22,347 nucleotides of DNA from Rhodothermales bacterium (GCA_040904565.1 JBBDTI010000030.1:1-22347), one strand, 5' to 3'. Positions 1 to 8,607 are shown, counted from the stretch's first letter. Notes: a model not told the origin generated them from the letters alone. Made by a program: numbers and translations.

Positions 1-383
1 CGGGTCGTCTCGACGGCGGCGCGATAGCGCTCGACCTCCCGCTCCCGACCCAGAAACCGGGCGTAGCCGTCTTCATCACCGAAGTAGATGCGGCGCGGAA
101 GCAGCTGGACGCCGTACCGCCGGGATCTGCGCTCCTCCAGTTCGACGATGTACCCGTCGCGCGATTCCGCCGGGTTCGCATCGCCGGCGCCGCCCGCGAC
201 GACGTTCGCGGCCTCCTCGAGAAGGGCGGCGCGCTTCTTTGAGAAAGCGTGGTAGTTTCCCTTCGGAGGGAGCTTGCCGAAGCGGATCTCCAGGGGAAAG
301 AAGGGGGCTCCCGTGACGAGGCTCCGAAGAAAATCGGGATACCTCCGTTCGGCCTGTTTGCGGATGCCCTCTTCAGAAATCAT
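1..383 (-). CDS. jetD: Wadjet protein JetD, N-terminal part (DUF3322-type); runs off the window start
   Basis: Not in the ORF track because it has no stop in the window. ATG at 383 overlaps the jetC stop (ATGA). Manual translation MISEEGIRKQAERRYPDFLRSLVTGAPFFPLEIRFGK...GYIVELEERRSRRYGVQLLPRRIYF...YARFLGREREV resembles JetD N-termini. Fourth gene of the operon. Confidence 0.88.
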   Translation of the reverse strand, partial: MISEEGIRKQAERRYPDFLRSLVTGAPFFPLEIRFGKLPPKGNYHAFSKKRAALLEEAANVVAGGAGDANPAESRDGYIVELEERRSRRYGVQLLPRRIYFGDEDGYARFLGREREVERYRAAVETT

Positions 384-3300
384 GTCGACGCCTCCAAGGC
401 AGCCAGCACGCGCTCTTTCTCCTCGTGGTATTCTTCGATCGTAAGGTTGCGCACCTGCGAGCGGCTACCGTCCTCGTCATTCGCGATGAACTGGCACGCG
501 CCGATGTAGTCCTCGACGACGCGCGTGGCGCCAAGGGGGGAGACGACGAGCAGCTGCAGGTCGAGCTTCCTGAACAGCTCCATTGCGTACCGGGCATTGT
601 CCTCGTCGATCTTGCTGAAGGCCTCGTCGATGACGACGAAGCGGAAGGACCGGGATTTCGTCTCGCCGTGCTCGAGCCCGAACTGATAGGCGATCGCCGC
701 GGCGAGAATCGTGTAGGCGAGCTTTGCCTTCTGCCCGCCGGAAAGTCCGTCCGAGTTCGTGATGAAGTTCTTCTCGCCGCCGGACTCGCTGTAGCGCTCA
801 CTGATACTGAAATCCACCCAGTTGCGCACGTCCGTCACCTTGGCCGTCCAGCGCTCCTCCGTTTCGAAGCGGAGGATGAGATCTCGGATGCGATGGAAGC
901 TGGCCTCGTTGGCTGCCGTTTCTCCCGTATTGTCGGCAAACACACTCCGCAGGAGGTGTTTGAACTCGCGGATTTCCGTATCCGATGCGGCCGACGTCAC
1001 GAGCTGGATGTAGCTCGAGCTCGAATAGTCGATGTCGTTGAGCGAATCGTTCAGGGCCTCGATCTTCTCGCGGATCTCTTCCTCCTGTCGAAAGAGCGCT
1101 TCCTCGAAGAAGGACACGTCTTCCATCAGCTTCTTGTTGAGGAGCTCCCGGAAGCGTTCTTCATAGCGGGGGAGATCCTCCCGTTCCAGCGTCTCCAACC
1201 TCCGTCGGTATTCCGGCAAGGCGTCGATAGACGCATCTACCTCGAGGGTCTCGTCCGGGAAGTCGCCCTTGAAGCGCTGCATGGCGAGTTCGATCCGCCG
1301 CACGACGGTCTGGCGGTTTTCCCGGTGCTCCTGGATTTCTCCGAGGAGCTGCGTGCTTACACCATCCCGTCGTGCCGCAACGCTGTCCAGCTCCAGCCTC
1401 CCATCCATCCGGCGCGTGATCCGCTCGGCGTACGGGGCGAGGTCGACGCCCTCATAGGGTTCCAGGGCTCCGCGGCACCGTTCGAGACGGTGATCGTACT
1501 CTTCCAGGCTCTTTTCCAGCAGGGTGATCTGCTTCTCGATGGCCTTCACGCGCGCATCGGCACGCGCGAGCCGGTCGCGCATCGCGTTCCTTTCGGCCTG
1601 GAGCTGCCGAAGGCGGTCTGAGCTCTCTTCCAGTCTCTTCTTCTGCCCGCGCAGCTCCTCGATCCTTCGGGAGGCACCCGCCTTGTCGATCTCACCGAAT
1701 TCCGTAAAGCGCAGCAGCGAGTCCCAAAGCTGGATCCGTCGACGCAGCGTCTTTTGCTCCTCCTCCAGCACGCGCACACTCCGCGCCGCGCCCTCCCGTT
1801 CTTTTTCCAGTCGTTCGAGCTCCTCCTGGATGAGCCGGATCTTCTCCCGGTTATCCCAGCCGAGGACGTAATGGCGTCGATCGGCAAGCCCGTGGCGGTC
1901 GTCCTTCTCGTGGACGGTGCGGTTCTGCTTGATCAGCCCGTTCTTCGTGATCGCGCGCTGCTCGTGGCGAAATCGTTCGACGTCGCAGCAGACGTGCGTA
2001 TACTGATCGATGAGCTCCGCCTCGAGCCAGTCGCGAAACGGCGTGTCCGGACGGACGTCGAGCTTGTTGTAGAGCCGGTCGGGATCCTGGTCCCGGACGC
2101 CTCGCGGCCTGATTTCTTCCGGCACGCGACAGTAGACGAGCCGATCCCCCAGGTGGGTTCGGTCGACGTAGGTGCTCACCCGGGCGTAGTGCCGCTCCGG
2201 CACGAGCACGCGGAGGGCGAAGCCGTGCAGGAGGCGCTCGGCGGCTCCTTCCCAGGCGCTCTCCTCCGGGCGCACCTGCACCAGCTCGCCGATAAACGGC
2301 AGGTCGTCGGCAGACAGCTTCAGATCCTGAAGGAGGCGTCTCCGGAGGTCCAGCCGTCGACGCGGAATCTGGTTCGTTCGCTCTCGAAGCGACTCGAGCT
2401 CGGCGTGCGCTTCCGTGATCTCATCCTCCAGGAGCCGGATGGACGCCATCGCCTCGTCACGCTTCGGCGTGAGCGCACCGAACGCCTCTTCCGAGCCGGA
2501 GCGCGAGGAGGCGGCCTGCGTCCGCTGCCGCAGGAACTGCTCCTCCGTCTCGGGGACGCTCAGCTCGAGCTCGGATGCCGGCTCGCGATACCGATCCCAC
2601 GCCTTCCGCAGGCGATTCCGCTCCTCCTCGGCGTGTCGGATCTCCTCTTCGATGCGCTGAATCTGCTGCCCGACCTCGTCCCGGCTTATGGCGATGTCGA
2701 GCTCGCGCTCTTTCGCGCGCAGCTCCACCAATGCCGACTGCGCCGCCGCGTGCTTTTGTCGCTCAGCCGCGCGCCGCGCTGAGGCTGCCTCCACAGCCTC
2801 TCGGAGAAGGGCCGTTTCCTTTTCTGCAAAGACGCCGGGCACGGCCTGCAGCGTCTCTTCCAGTTCGGCGATCCGTCTGCCGAGCTTCTCGTACCGGGAT
2901 CCGTCCCCGTCGATCGGCCGGAGCTTCTCGACCTGCTCTCGAGCTTTCTGGATAGCCTCGAAGGTCCGCGTCAAATCGTCGAAGTGGCGGCGCAGGTCGG
3001 AGATGTAGCTCCGCGCGTCGCCCGGCTCGAGCATGTGCGTCCGCACGAAGTCGTTGAGGTCGCCGATGACCTTGATGCTGACGGTCTGATTGAACAGATC
3101 GAGCGCCTTGTCGGACTTCATGCCGAAGGCTCGCCGAAACTGCCTGCTGTAGTCGTTGAACTGATCGAAGACCTGCGCGCCGGTCTCGCGAAGGCGAGCG
3201 CGAAGCGATCGCACGTCGCCGATCTCCGAGAAATGCCCGGCGATCGACATCTCGTGGGGCGAGACGACGAAGAACTTCCGGAGCTCGCCGTTCTGGAAAT

Positions 3301-3808
3301 AGAACATGTGTGCGAGCACGACGCGCTGACCGAAGCCCTCGTTGTAGAAGGAGGCCAGGATGACTGAATAATCGTCCTGTTTCTCGCGCAGGTAGCGCGT
3401 TCGGCTCGTGGCGGACTCCTCTCCCCGGAACTTCCCGTACGCTCCGAGCACGTACGAGCGCTCGTCCCGCTCCTTCTTCGTGTCCGCTCCGGAGGCGAGG
3501 TTGTATCCCCGCTTCACGTTGGGGACGAGCAGCGTCAGCAGGGCGTCGACGAGCGTGGACTTCCCCGATCCGTTCGCGCCGGTCATCAGGGCCGTCCGGC
3601 CGTTCGTTTCCACCGTCCAGACGCGCCCGTGAAAGGTGCCCCAGTTGAAGACCTCGAGGCGCTCGAGGCGGAAGCCGGTTCGGGCGTTGTCCGTGGCGAA
3701 CTCGAGCGCAGGCTGCGCGTCGCCCCCCGGAGAGGTCGAACGCCCGCTCCGCGCCCCGTTCGCCTGCTCGTTAAGGCTTTCGGCCCGGTATATCTCGTTC
3801 TTCCGCAT
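380..3808 (-). CDS. jetC: Wadjet SMC-like ATPase JetC
   Basis: About 1140 aa. N-terminal GFRLERLEVFNWGTF, Walker A GANGSGKST, long coiled coils, signature LSGGQKAKL, Walker B VVIDEAFSK. Start is ATG 3808 or GTG 3811, directly after the jetB stop. Confidence 0.95.
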   Translation of the reverse strand: MRKNEIYRAESLNEQANGARSGRSTSPGGDAQPALEFATDNARTGFRLERLEVFNWGTFHGRVWTVETNGRTALMTGANGSGKSTLVDALLTLLVPNVKRGYNLASGADTKKERDERSYVLGAYGKFRGEESATSRTRYLREKQDDYSVILASFYNEGFGQRVVLAHMFYFQNGELRKFFVVSPHEMSIAGHFSEIGDVRSLRARLRETGAQVFDQFNDYSRQFRRAFGMKSDKALDLFNQTVSIKVIGDLNDFVRTHMLEPGDARSYISDLRRHFDDLTRTFEAIQKAREQVEKLRPIDGDGSRYEKLGRRIAELEETLQAVPGVFAEKETALLREAVEAASARRAAERQKHAAAQSALVELRAKERELDIAISRDEVGQQIQRIEEEIRHAEEERNRLRKAWDRYREPASELELSVPETEEQFLRQRTQAASSRSGSEEAFGALTPKRDEAMASIRLLEDEITEAHAELESLRERTNQIPRRRLDLRRRLLQDLKLSADDLPFIGELVQVRPEESAWEGAAERLLHGFALRVLVPERHYARVSTYVDRTHLGDRLVYCRVPEEIRPRGVRDQDPDRLYNKLDVRPDTPFRDWLEAELIDQYTHVCCDVERFRHEQRAITKNGLIKQNRTVHEKDDRHGLADRRHYVLGWDNREKIRLIQEELERLEKEREGAARSVRVLEEEQKTLRRRIQLWDSLLRFTEFGEIDKAGASRRIEELRGQKKRLEESSDRLRQLQAERNAMRDRLARADARVKAIEKQITLLEKSLEEYDHRLERCRGALEPYEGVDLAPYAERITRRMDGRLELDSVAARRDGVSTQLLGEIQEHRENRQTVVRRIELAMQRFKGDFPDETLEVDASIDALPEYRRRLETLEREDLPRYEERFRELLNKKLMEDVSFFEEALFRQEEEIREKIEALNDSLNDIDYSSSSYIQLVTSAASDTEIREFKHLLRSVFADNTGETAANEASFHRIRDLILRFETEERWTAKVTDVRNWVDFSISERYSESGGEKNFITNSDGLSGGQKAKLAYTILAAAIAYQFGLEHGETKSRSFRFVVIDEAFSKIDEDNARYAMELFRKLDLQLLVVSPLGATRVVEDYIGACQFIANDEDGSRSQVRNLTIEEYHEEKERVLAALEAST

Positions 3809-3811
3809 CAC

Positions 3812-4384
3812 TTATCCCTCAGCTGCGTGCTCCTCGAGTGTTGATTTGATGTCGGCGAGCTTGTCGGCGGTCACGTGCGCTTTGAGCACGCGGCGAACCT
3901 CGAAGGCATCCTCGTCGCTCTTCATGGGTGTGATGAAGCTCATCCCTGCGATGCGGCTGATGGCATTGTCGATGAGTCGGACGGTCCGCGTCTCGTCGGA
4001 TCGATCCTTGAAGAAAGGCAGCATGGCCTCGACGATGTCGGCTCGGCTGACGACGAGACGCGGCGATTCGATGTCGCCCGTGTCGTGCTGCAGGAGCCGT
4101 TCCCGAAGGAGGACGCACAGCAGGGTCGTCGGATAGTTGAGCGGCACGCGCCGCACGATCCGGGGCAGATCTTCCGTCGTCTCGTCCTCCGGTTGCCGGA
4201 GGAAGGCGTACCCGTCCGCCTCGCTCACGTATAGCTCCGTGCCGATCGTCCGGAAGTACGTGCGGATCGCCTGCTCGTACTCGCGGATCTGCGTCCACGT
4301 GGCTTCGTCGTCGTAATAAACGATGCCCTGCAACAGCTTGATGAGCGCCGGGGCGTAGGGTGGATGGGTCGACTCTTCGTTCAT
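3812..4384 (-). CDS. jetB: Wadjet protein JetB (DUF4194)
   Basis: ALIKLLQGIVY...YFRTIGTELYVSEADGYAFLRQ...LNYPTTLLCVLLRERL is typical of DUF4194. Lies between jetA and jetC. ATG 4384 is preferred over the track's start at 4456. Confidence 0.9.
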   Translation of the reverse strand: MNEESTHPPYAPALIKLLQGIVYYDDEATWTQIREYEQAIRTYFRTIGTELYVSEADGYAFLRQPEDETTEDLPRIVRRVPLNYPTTLLCVLLRERLLQHDTGDIESPRLVVSRADIVEAMLPFFKDRSDETRTVRLIDNAISRIAGMSFITPMKSDEDAFEVRRVLKAHVTADKLADIKSTLEEHAAEG

Positions 4385-4403
4385 GTTATTCGATATTTTC
4401 GAG

Positions 4404-4448
4404 GTCCGCCAGGTCTTGATGCCGCCCGACGGCTTCGCAAGCGCGGAC
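4404..4448 (-). other. Stem-loop in the jetA-jetB intergenic gap
   Basis: Nested inverted repeats GTCCGC/GCGGAC, CTTG/CAAG and GCCG/CGGC within the 75-bp gap. Confidence 0.45.
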
Positions 4449-4459
4449 ACTGCCAACGA

Positions 4460-5908
4460 CTACCGCACGAATATAATCCGCGGCATCTCGATCCGTCGGG
4501 GCGGTCGGTCGGACCGGCGTACGAGGATGTCTTCGGTGTACGACTCGTCGACCACATGCCGTGGATCCTCCAGCGCGATGCTCATGTAGACGAGCAGCTC
4601 GGTGAGGCCTTTCTCGACGGGATGGGCCTCCAGGATGTCCCGGAGTGTTGCCTGGCCGCGGTCGAACAGGAAACGCTCGATGCGTTCTTCGAGTTGCTCG
4701 CGCTCGACGGCGAAGAAATCGAAAAGGCCCGAGAGATCGATGGCGTCGAGCTCGTTCTCCTCCGGCGAAGCCGGCGTGTGGTCGAAGGTCGGCTTCTCGT
4801 CCGGTTGCCAGAGCGGCCGTTCCATCGGAAAGTCGATCTGGGGGCCGCCCTCGAGCTCCGCGAAGGCGCGCTCCTCGGGAGGGTCCGTCCGGACCGCGAG
4901 CGCGGCCTTCTTGATCTCGCCGACCAGGTCCAGCACGCGCCGGTTCTCCCGCAGGTGGGCCTCCTCGAGCATGCGTCGTAGCTGTTCGGCCAGCCGCCGG
5001 TTCGACTGGACGACCTTCTCGCCCGCCTCGCTGAGGTGGCGGACGACGTTACGAAGCATCGTATAGTCTCCGTCCAGAGCCTGAAGATCGTCCAGCGAAT
5101 AGACGCGTTCGAGGAGGTCGCGCAACTCCATCTTTTTGTCCTGCGAGATGAGAAACCGCCAGAACGCGTAAAAGCTTCGACCCTGGTCCGATTCCTTCAG
5201 CTCGTCGTCCGCGTCGATCACGTACCCGACGACGTCGCCCTTCGTGGCGTCCTCGAGGAGCCGTCGCTCCTGCATGCGGCGGGTCACCTCGCGGAAGTTC
5301 GACTCGACCTCGCGAAAGTCGCCGACGAGCCGCCGGGCTTCCTCATTCGCCTTGATGAAGCGCTCCTTGACCTGCGTGGCGCTGTAGCGCTCCACGCGGC
5401 CGGTCCGGCGGACCTCCTCGATCTCCCGCTCGATCGCCGCCTTCTCCTGCTCGAGCTGCTGGAGGCGGACCGCGGGATCCTCCGTGCTCTTGCGGACGAT
5501 CTCCTCGAGGAGATCGAAAATCTGCAGGAAGCGGGATTCGGTCCCGACGAACGCGGTCCGGTTCATGTCTTCGAGCCAGCGGATGACCCGCTCGGTGGCC
5601 GGCGTGAGCTCGTAGACGGGTCGATCGCTGCCCGCCTCGAAGTACTTTCGAAGATAGCCGTGGCCGTCGTCGCACCACTGGCTCAGGTACGTCCGGGCGG
5701 CGGCCGGATAGATATCGGGATGCCGCGAGCGCAGCTCGATCAGAACGTGCTCGAGCCCTTCGACCAGCTCGTCGTGGCCGGTCGCGACACGCGGCCGCTC
5801 CTTGAACTGCGCGTAGAGGTAGCTGACGACGAGCGGAGCGTTGTCGCTACGGAGGAGCCGAAGCCCGGGGTCCCGGGCGAAGCCGAACTGAAGGTCTTCG
5901 TGCGTCAT
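4460..5908 (-). CDS. jetA: Wadjet kleisin-like protein JetA (DUF3375)
   Basis: LRLLRSDNAPLVVSYL, YELTPATERVIRWL, FVGTESRF and SDQGRSFYAFWRFL are DUF3375 motifs. Likely start MTHEDL at 5908; the track start is 5986. Confidence 0.92.
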   Translation of the reverse strand: MTHEDLQFGFARDPGLRLLRSDNAPLVVSYLYAQFKERPRVATGHDELVEGLEHVLIELRSRHPDIYPAAARTYLSQWCDDGHGYLRKYFEAGSDRPVYELTPATERVIRWLEDMNRTAFVGTESRFLQIFDLLEEIVRKSTEDPAVRLQQLEQEKAAIEREIEEVRRTGRVERYSATQVKERFIKANEEARRLVGDFREVESNFREVTRRMQERRLLEDATKGDVVGYVIDADDELKESDQGRSFYAFWRFLISQDKKMELRDLLERVYSLDDLQALDGDYTMLRNVVRHLSEAGEKVVQSNRRLAEQLRRMLEEAHLRENRRVLDLVGEIKKAALAVRTDPPEERAFAELEGGPQIDFPMERPLWQPDEKPTFDHTPASPEENELDAIDLSGLFDFFAVEREQLEERIERFLFDRGQATLRDILEAHPVEKGLTELLVYMSIALEDPRHVVDESYTEDILVRRSDRPPRRIEMPRIIFVR

Positions 5909-6048
5909 GGGTGGGGGCACGTTTTTTGGCACGTTCGGCGCGGAGGCACGAGCGCGAAAACGAAAGACAGAATACGACAGCATCATGACAACGTAGTGTC
6001 ACGGGAGTCTGCACCGAAAGAGATGCTGCGGCGCAACTTCACGACCGA

Positions 6049-6201
6049 TTACTCCTGCCTCGAACTCCAGTACAACGGATCCTTGCGCTGGTGCGCGACC
6101 GCTACGATCAGAAGGTGATCTGTATGCACCTCGTATATGAGGTGAAATGGAAACCGGCGCAGAAGCTCCGCACGGGCCGGAGCGAGCATGCGAACGGTCA
6201 A
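6049..6201 (-). pseudogene. RelE/ParE-family toxin with an in-frame internal deletion (50 aa)
   Basis: The TTG start overlaps the antitoxin stop (TTGA). Translation LTVRMLAPARAELL|RRFPFHLIYEVHTDHLLIVAVAHQRKDPLYWSSRQE joins the family N-terminal motif directly to the C-terminal RRFP..IY..IVAVAH.R..P.YW motif. Confidence 0.82.
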
Positions 6202-6428
6202 AGGTTGCCCTTGATCTTGTGACGTGCCTCGCGTACAGCAGATTCAGCGGAGACGGATTCGAGGCAGCCCTTCCTGTAGGCTTCCAACCTGCGCTCTACC
6301 TCTTCAATCCAGGCTTCTTCCACCGCCGAATCCTCATCGAGGCTGGCGATCAGCCGCTCAGCCAACCTCGCGCGTTCTGAGCGGGGCAGTGCCAGTACGA
6401 TTTCTTCCAGATTTTCTGTCGCAGACAT
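6198..6428 (-). CDS. Addiction module component (TIGR02574-type antitoxin)
   Basis: LALPRSERARLAERLIASLD...EEAWIEEVERRLEAYRKG matches the family pattern. A GAGAGGGAG RBS-like sequence lies upstream. Start is ATG 6428 or 6431. Confidence 0.9.
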   Translation of the reverse strand: MSATENLEEIVLALPRSERARLAERLIASLDEDSAVEEAWIEEVERRLEAYRKGCLESVSAESAVREARHKIKGNL

Positions 6429-6634
6429 CATCGTTCTCGGCTCCCTCTCGCTATCGTCGTACCGTTGAAATCCTCCTCTGCAGTAGCGGGTTCCGCAGAC
6501 GGAGGAGCTGACGGGCGATTGTATACCGCGGTGTCCTGCATCCCGGATCGGGATCTCGCGTCGACAAGTTCTCGGAAAGCCGGCGCCGGCCCGGACGGCG
6601 AACTGTATAAGAAATTTGAGTACGAGGAGATAGA

Positions 6635-6817
6635 ATGACGATGGCGGGTCTTAGCGATCGGTTCCTTTCGTTCAGCAACGACAAGGCAACCAATTTTCCC
6701 GTTACGGCGGTCGCGACGGAATGGGAGCACCTGTCGAAATCCACGGAAGTGTTGGTGGACGAGGATCTGAATTGGGAGCAGGCAAGGGATGCAGGCGCCT
6801 CGACACCAACGCTTTGA
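6635..6817 (+). CDS. Small hypothetical protein or gene remnant (60 aa)
   Basis: GAGGAG lies just before the ATG, and the ATG overlaps the TGA of an upstream frame ending ...GPDGELYKKFEYEEIE*. No family recognised. Confidence 0.3.
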   Translation: MTMAGLSDRFLSFSNDKATNFPVTAVATEWEHLSKSTEVLVDEDLNWEQARDAGASTPTL

Positions 6818-6889
6818 TTACACGCGAACGCATCAAAATCGGGCTGCATTCACACGATGCTGCTCGTTCATCGATGTGTACGCCGATAT

Positions 6890-6979
6890 TTACCGGGAAC
6901 GCGATGATATTCATCATCGTTTAGCAAAAAACTATGCTCAGTGGGCCGCGTAAGCGATATGTTGCCGCGATCGCGATAA
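6890..6979 (+). promoter_or_regulatory. Two candidate HipB operator sites
   Basis: TTACCGGGAACGCGATGA (6890-6907) and TTGCCGCGATCGCGATAA (6962-6979) are 14/18 identical imperfect palindromes directly upstream of hipB. Confidence 0.5.
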
Positions 6980-6996
6980 AACAAGAAGACCCTCCG

Positions 6997-7254
6997 ATGG
7001 CGAACGAAATAACAGACATGGCTGAACTCGGCCGGATCGTCCGCTATCACCGGAAGCGCGCCGGCCTGAGCCGTGCCGCGTTGTCGGATCTTGCCGGGAC
7101 GGGCACGACGGTCATCTACGAGCTCGAGCACGGCAAGACGACCGTCCAGTTTGACGTACTCAGGCGCATTCTCGGCACGCTGAATCTCAAGCTGCTTGTC
7201 GACGGACCGCTCCTCAACGAATACATGAGCCGAATAGACGAGCAAGGCCTATGA
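6997..7254 (+). CDS. hipB: HipB-like XRE helix-turn-helix regulator
   Basis: ELGRIVRYHRKRAGLSRAALSDLAGTGTTVIYELEHGKTTVQFDVL HTH. ATGA overlap with the next gene. Start is 6997 or 7018. Confidence 0.88.
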   Translation: MANEITDMAELGRIVRYHRKRAGLSRAALSDLAGTGTTVIYELEHGKTTVQFDVLRRILGTLNLKLLVDGPLLNEYMSRIDEQGL

Positions 7255-7610
7255 GACGAGCGGAAGTACGTGTCGACGACAGACGGGCCGGGGAACTGCA
7301 CGAAGGCGCCGGGACCTACACGTTTACGTACGACGCGTCGTATGACGGATCGCCGGTCTCGTTGACGATGCCGGTGAGCGATGAACCGTATAGATTAGAC
7401 CGTTTCCCCCCGTTCTTCGACGGTCTTCTTCCCGAAGGTGCTCAGCTCGAAGCGCTGCTCAGGCAGGCGAAGCTGGATCGGAGCGATCTGTTTGGCCAGC
7501 TCGTGACGGTAGGGCAGGACCTCGTCGGTAACGTCACGGTGTATCCAATAAAGGAGGCGGGTGCAATCGCGGATGCCGGGGATTCCGCTGCATCCGACGA
7601 GGAAGCCTGA
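7251..7610 (+). CDS. hipS: HipS-like antitoxin (stand-alone HipA N-terminal domain)
   Basis: AGEL...YTFTYDASY...VSLTMP...FPPFFDGLLPEG...DLVGNVTV is the HipA N-terminal (couple_hipA) pattern. Confidence 0.9.
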   Translation: MRRAEVRVDDRRAGELHEGAGTYTFTYDASYDGSPVSLTMPVSDEPYRLDRFPPFFDGLLPEGAQLEALLRQAKLDRSDLFGQLVTVGQDLVGNVTVYPIKEAGAIADAGDSAASDEEA

Positions 7611-7611
7611 C

Positions 7612-8541
7612 ATGCCTCGTTGTCCGATCACGTACGAAGAGATCCCGGCAGGCAGGTATTCGAGGGCCGGACTGCGTCGCCTCTCGCGTCGCCTCACCGA
7701 ACTGGAGGACCTGCCCTTCACGCCGGATGAACTTCGGCGCGAAGCGCTGGCGCGCGCCTCGAAGATGTCGATCCAGGGCCTTCAGCCGAAGCTCAGCGCC
7801 ATCCTGAATGTGCCGGAGCATCGCTTCGACATCGTCGATCGCGGCGGAAACTATATCCTCAAGCCGCCGATTCCGGATTATCCCCAGGTGCCCGAGAACG
7901 AGGACGTGACGATGCGCATGGCCGGCGCAGCGGGTATCGAGGTCCCGATGCACGGGATGATCTACACTTCGGACGGTGCACGCTGCTACTTCATACGACG
8001 ATTCGACCGCGTGGGACGAGCTGGTAAGCGAGCGGTTGAAGATTTCGCCCAATTGCTCGGCCGCACGCGGGACACGAAGTACGACGCGTCGCTCGAGCAG
8101 GTGCTCGGCGTGATCAATCGATACTGCACGTTTCCGGCCGTCGAGCGGCTGAAGCTCTTCAGGCGCGTTCTCTTCGCGTTTCTCTGCGGAAACGAAGACA
8201 TGCACCTGAAGAATGTCTCGCTCATCACCCGTGACAACAAGGTCGAGCTGTCACCGGCCTACGATCTCGTGAACACGACGATCGTACTGGCCAACCCGCA
8301 GGAAGAGATGGCGCTTCCGATTGCAGGCAAGAAATCGAACATCAAACGGGAGACCCTGCTGGATTATTTCGCGAGGGAACGACTCGCACTGACGCAGCGC
8401 GCCATCAAGAGCGTGCTTGACGACGTCACGGCCGCGCGTCCGCGGTGGGATGCCCTCCTGGATCGGTCTTTTCTGAATGAGGATCTGCGGACCGCATACA
8501 AGGAGATACTCGGTGAAAGGTGGAAACGCCTGGGAATGTGA
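7612..8541 (+). CDS. hipT: HipT-like Ser/Thr kinase toxin (HipA C-terminal domain)
   Basis: Starts MPRCPITYE. Gly-rich loop KMSIQGLQPKLS, then YILKP, RRFDR, EDFAQL, catalytic GNEDMHLKN and Mg-binding SPAYDL. Confidence 0.93.
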   Translation: MPRCPITYEEIPAGRYSRAGLRRLSRRLTELEDLPFTPDELRREALARASKMSIQGLQPKLSAILNVPEHRFDIVDRGGNYILKPPIPDYPQVPENEDVTMRMAGAAGIEVPMHGMIYTSDGARCYFIRRFDRVGRAGKRAVEDFAQLLGRTRDTKYDASLEQVLGVINRYCTFPAVERLKLFRRVLFAFLCGNEDMHLKNVSLITRDNKVELSPAYDLVNTTIVLANPQEEMALPIAGKKSNIKRETLLDYFARERLALTQRAIKSVLDDVTAARPRWDALLDRSFLNEDLRTAYKEILGERWKRLGM

Positions 8542-8607
8542 CGATTACACCTCATGGACGGGCGGTTCGGGAATCGATGCCGCTGTCAAGAAACGTCGCC
8601 GAGCAAG

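Noticed and set aside
380-3811. Housekeeping SMC, MukB or SbcC interpretation of the large ATPase
   Set aside because: The flanking DUF3375, DUF4194 and JetD-like genes identify it as Wadjet.
425-6118. Long plus-strand ORFs (425-1621, 1754-2782, 4364-4981, 5036-6118)
   Set aside because: Antisense shadows of the GC-rich jet genes, with no recognisable motifs.
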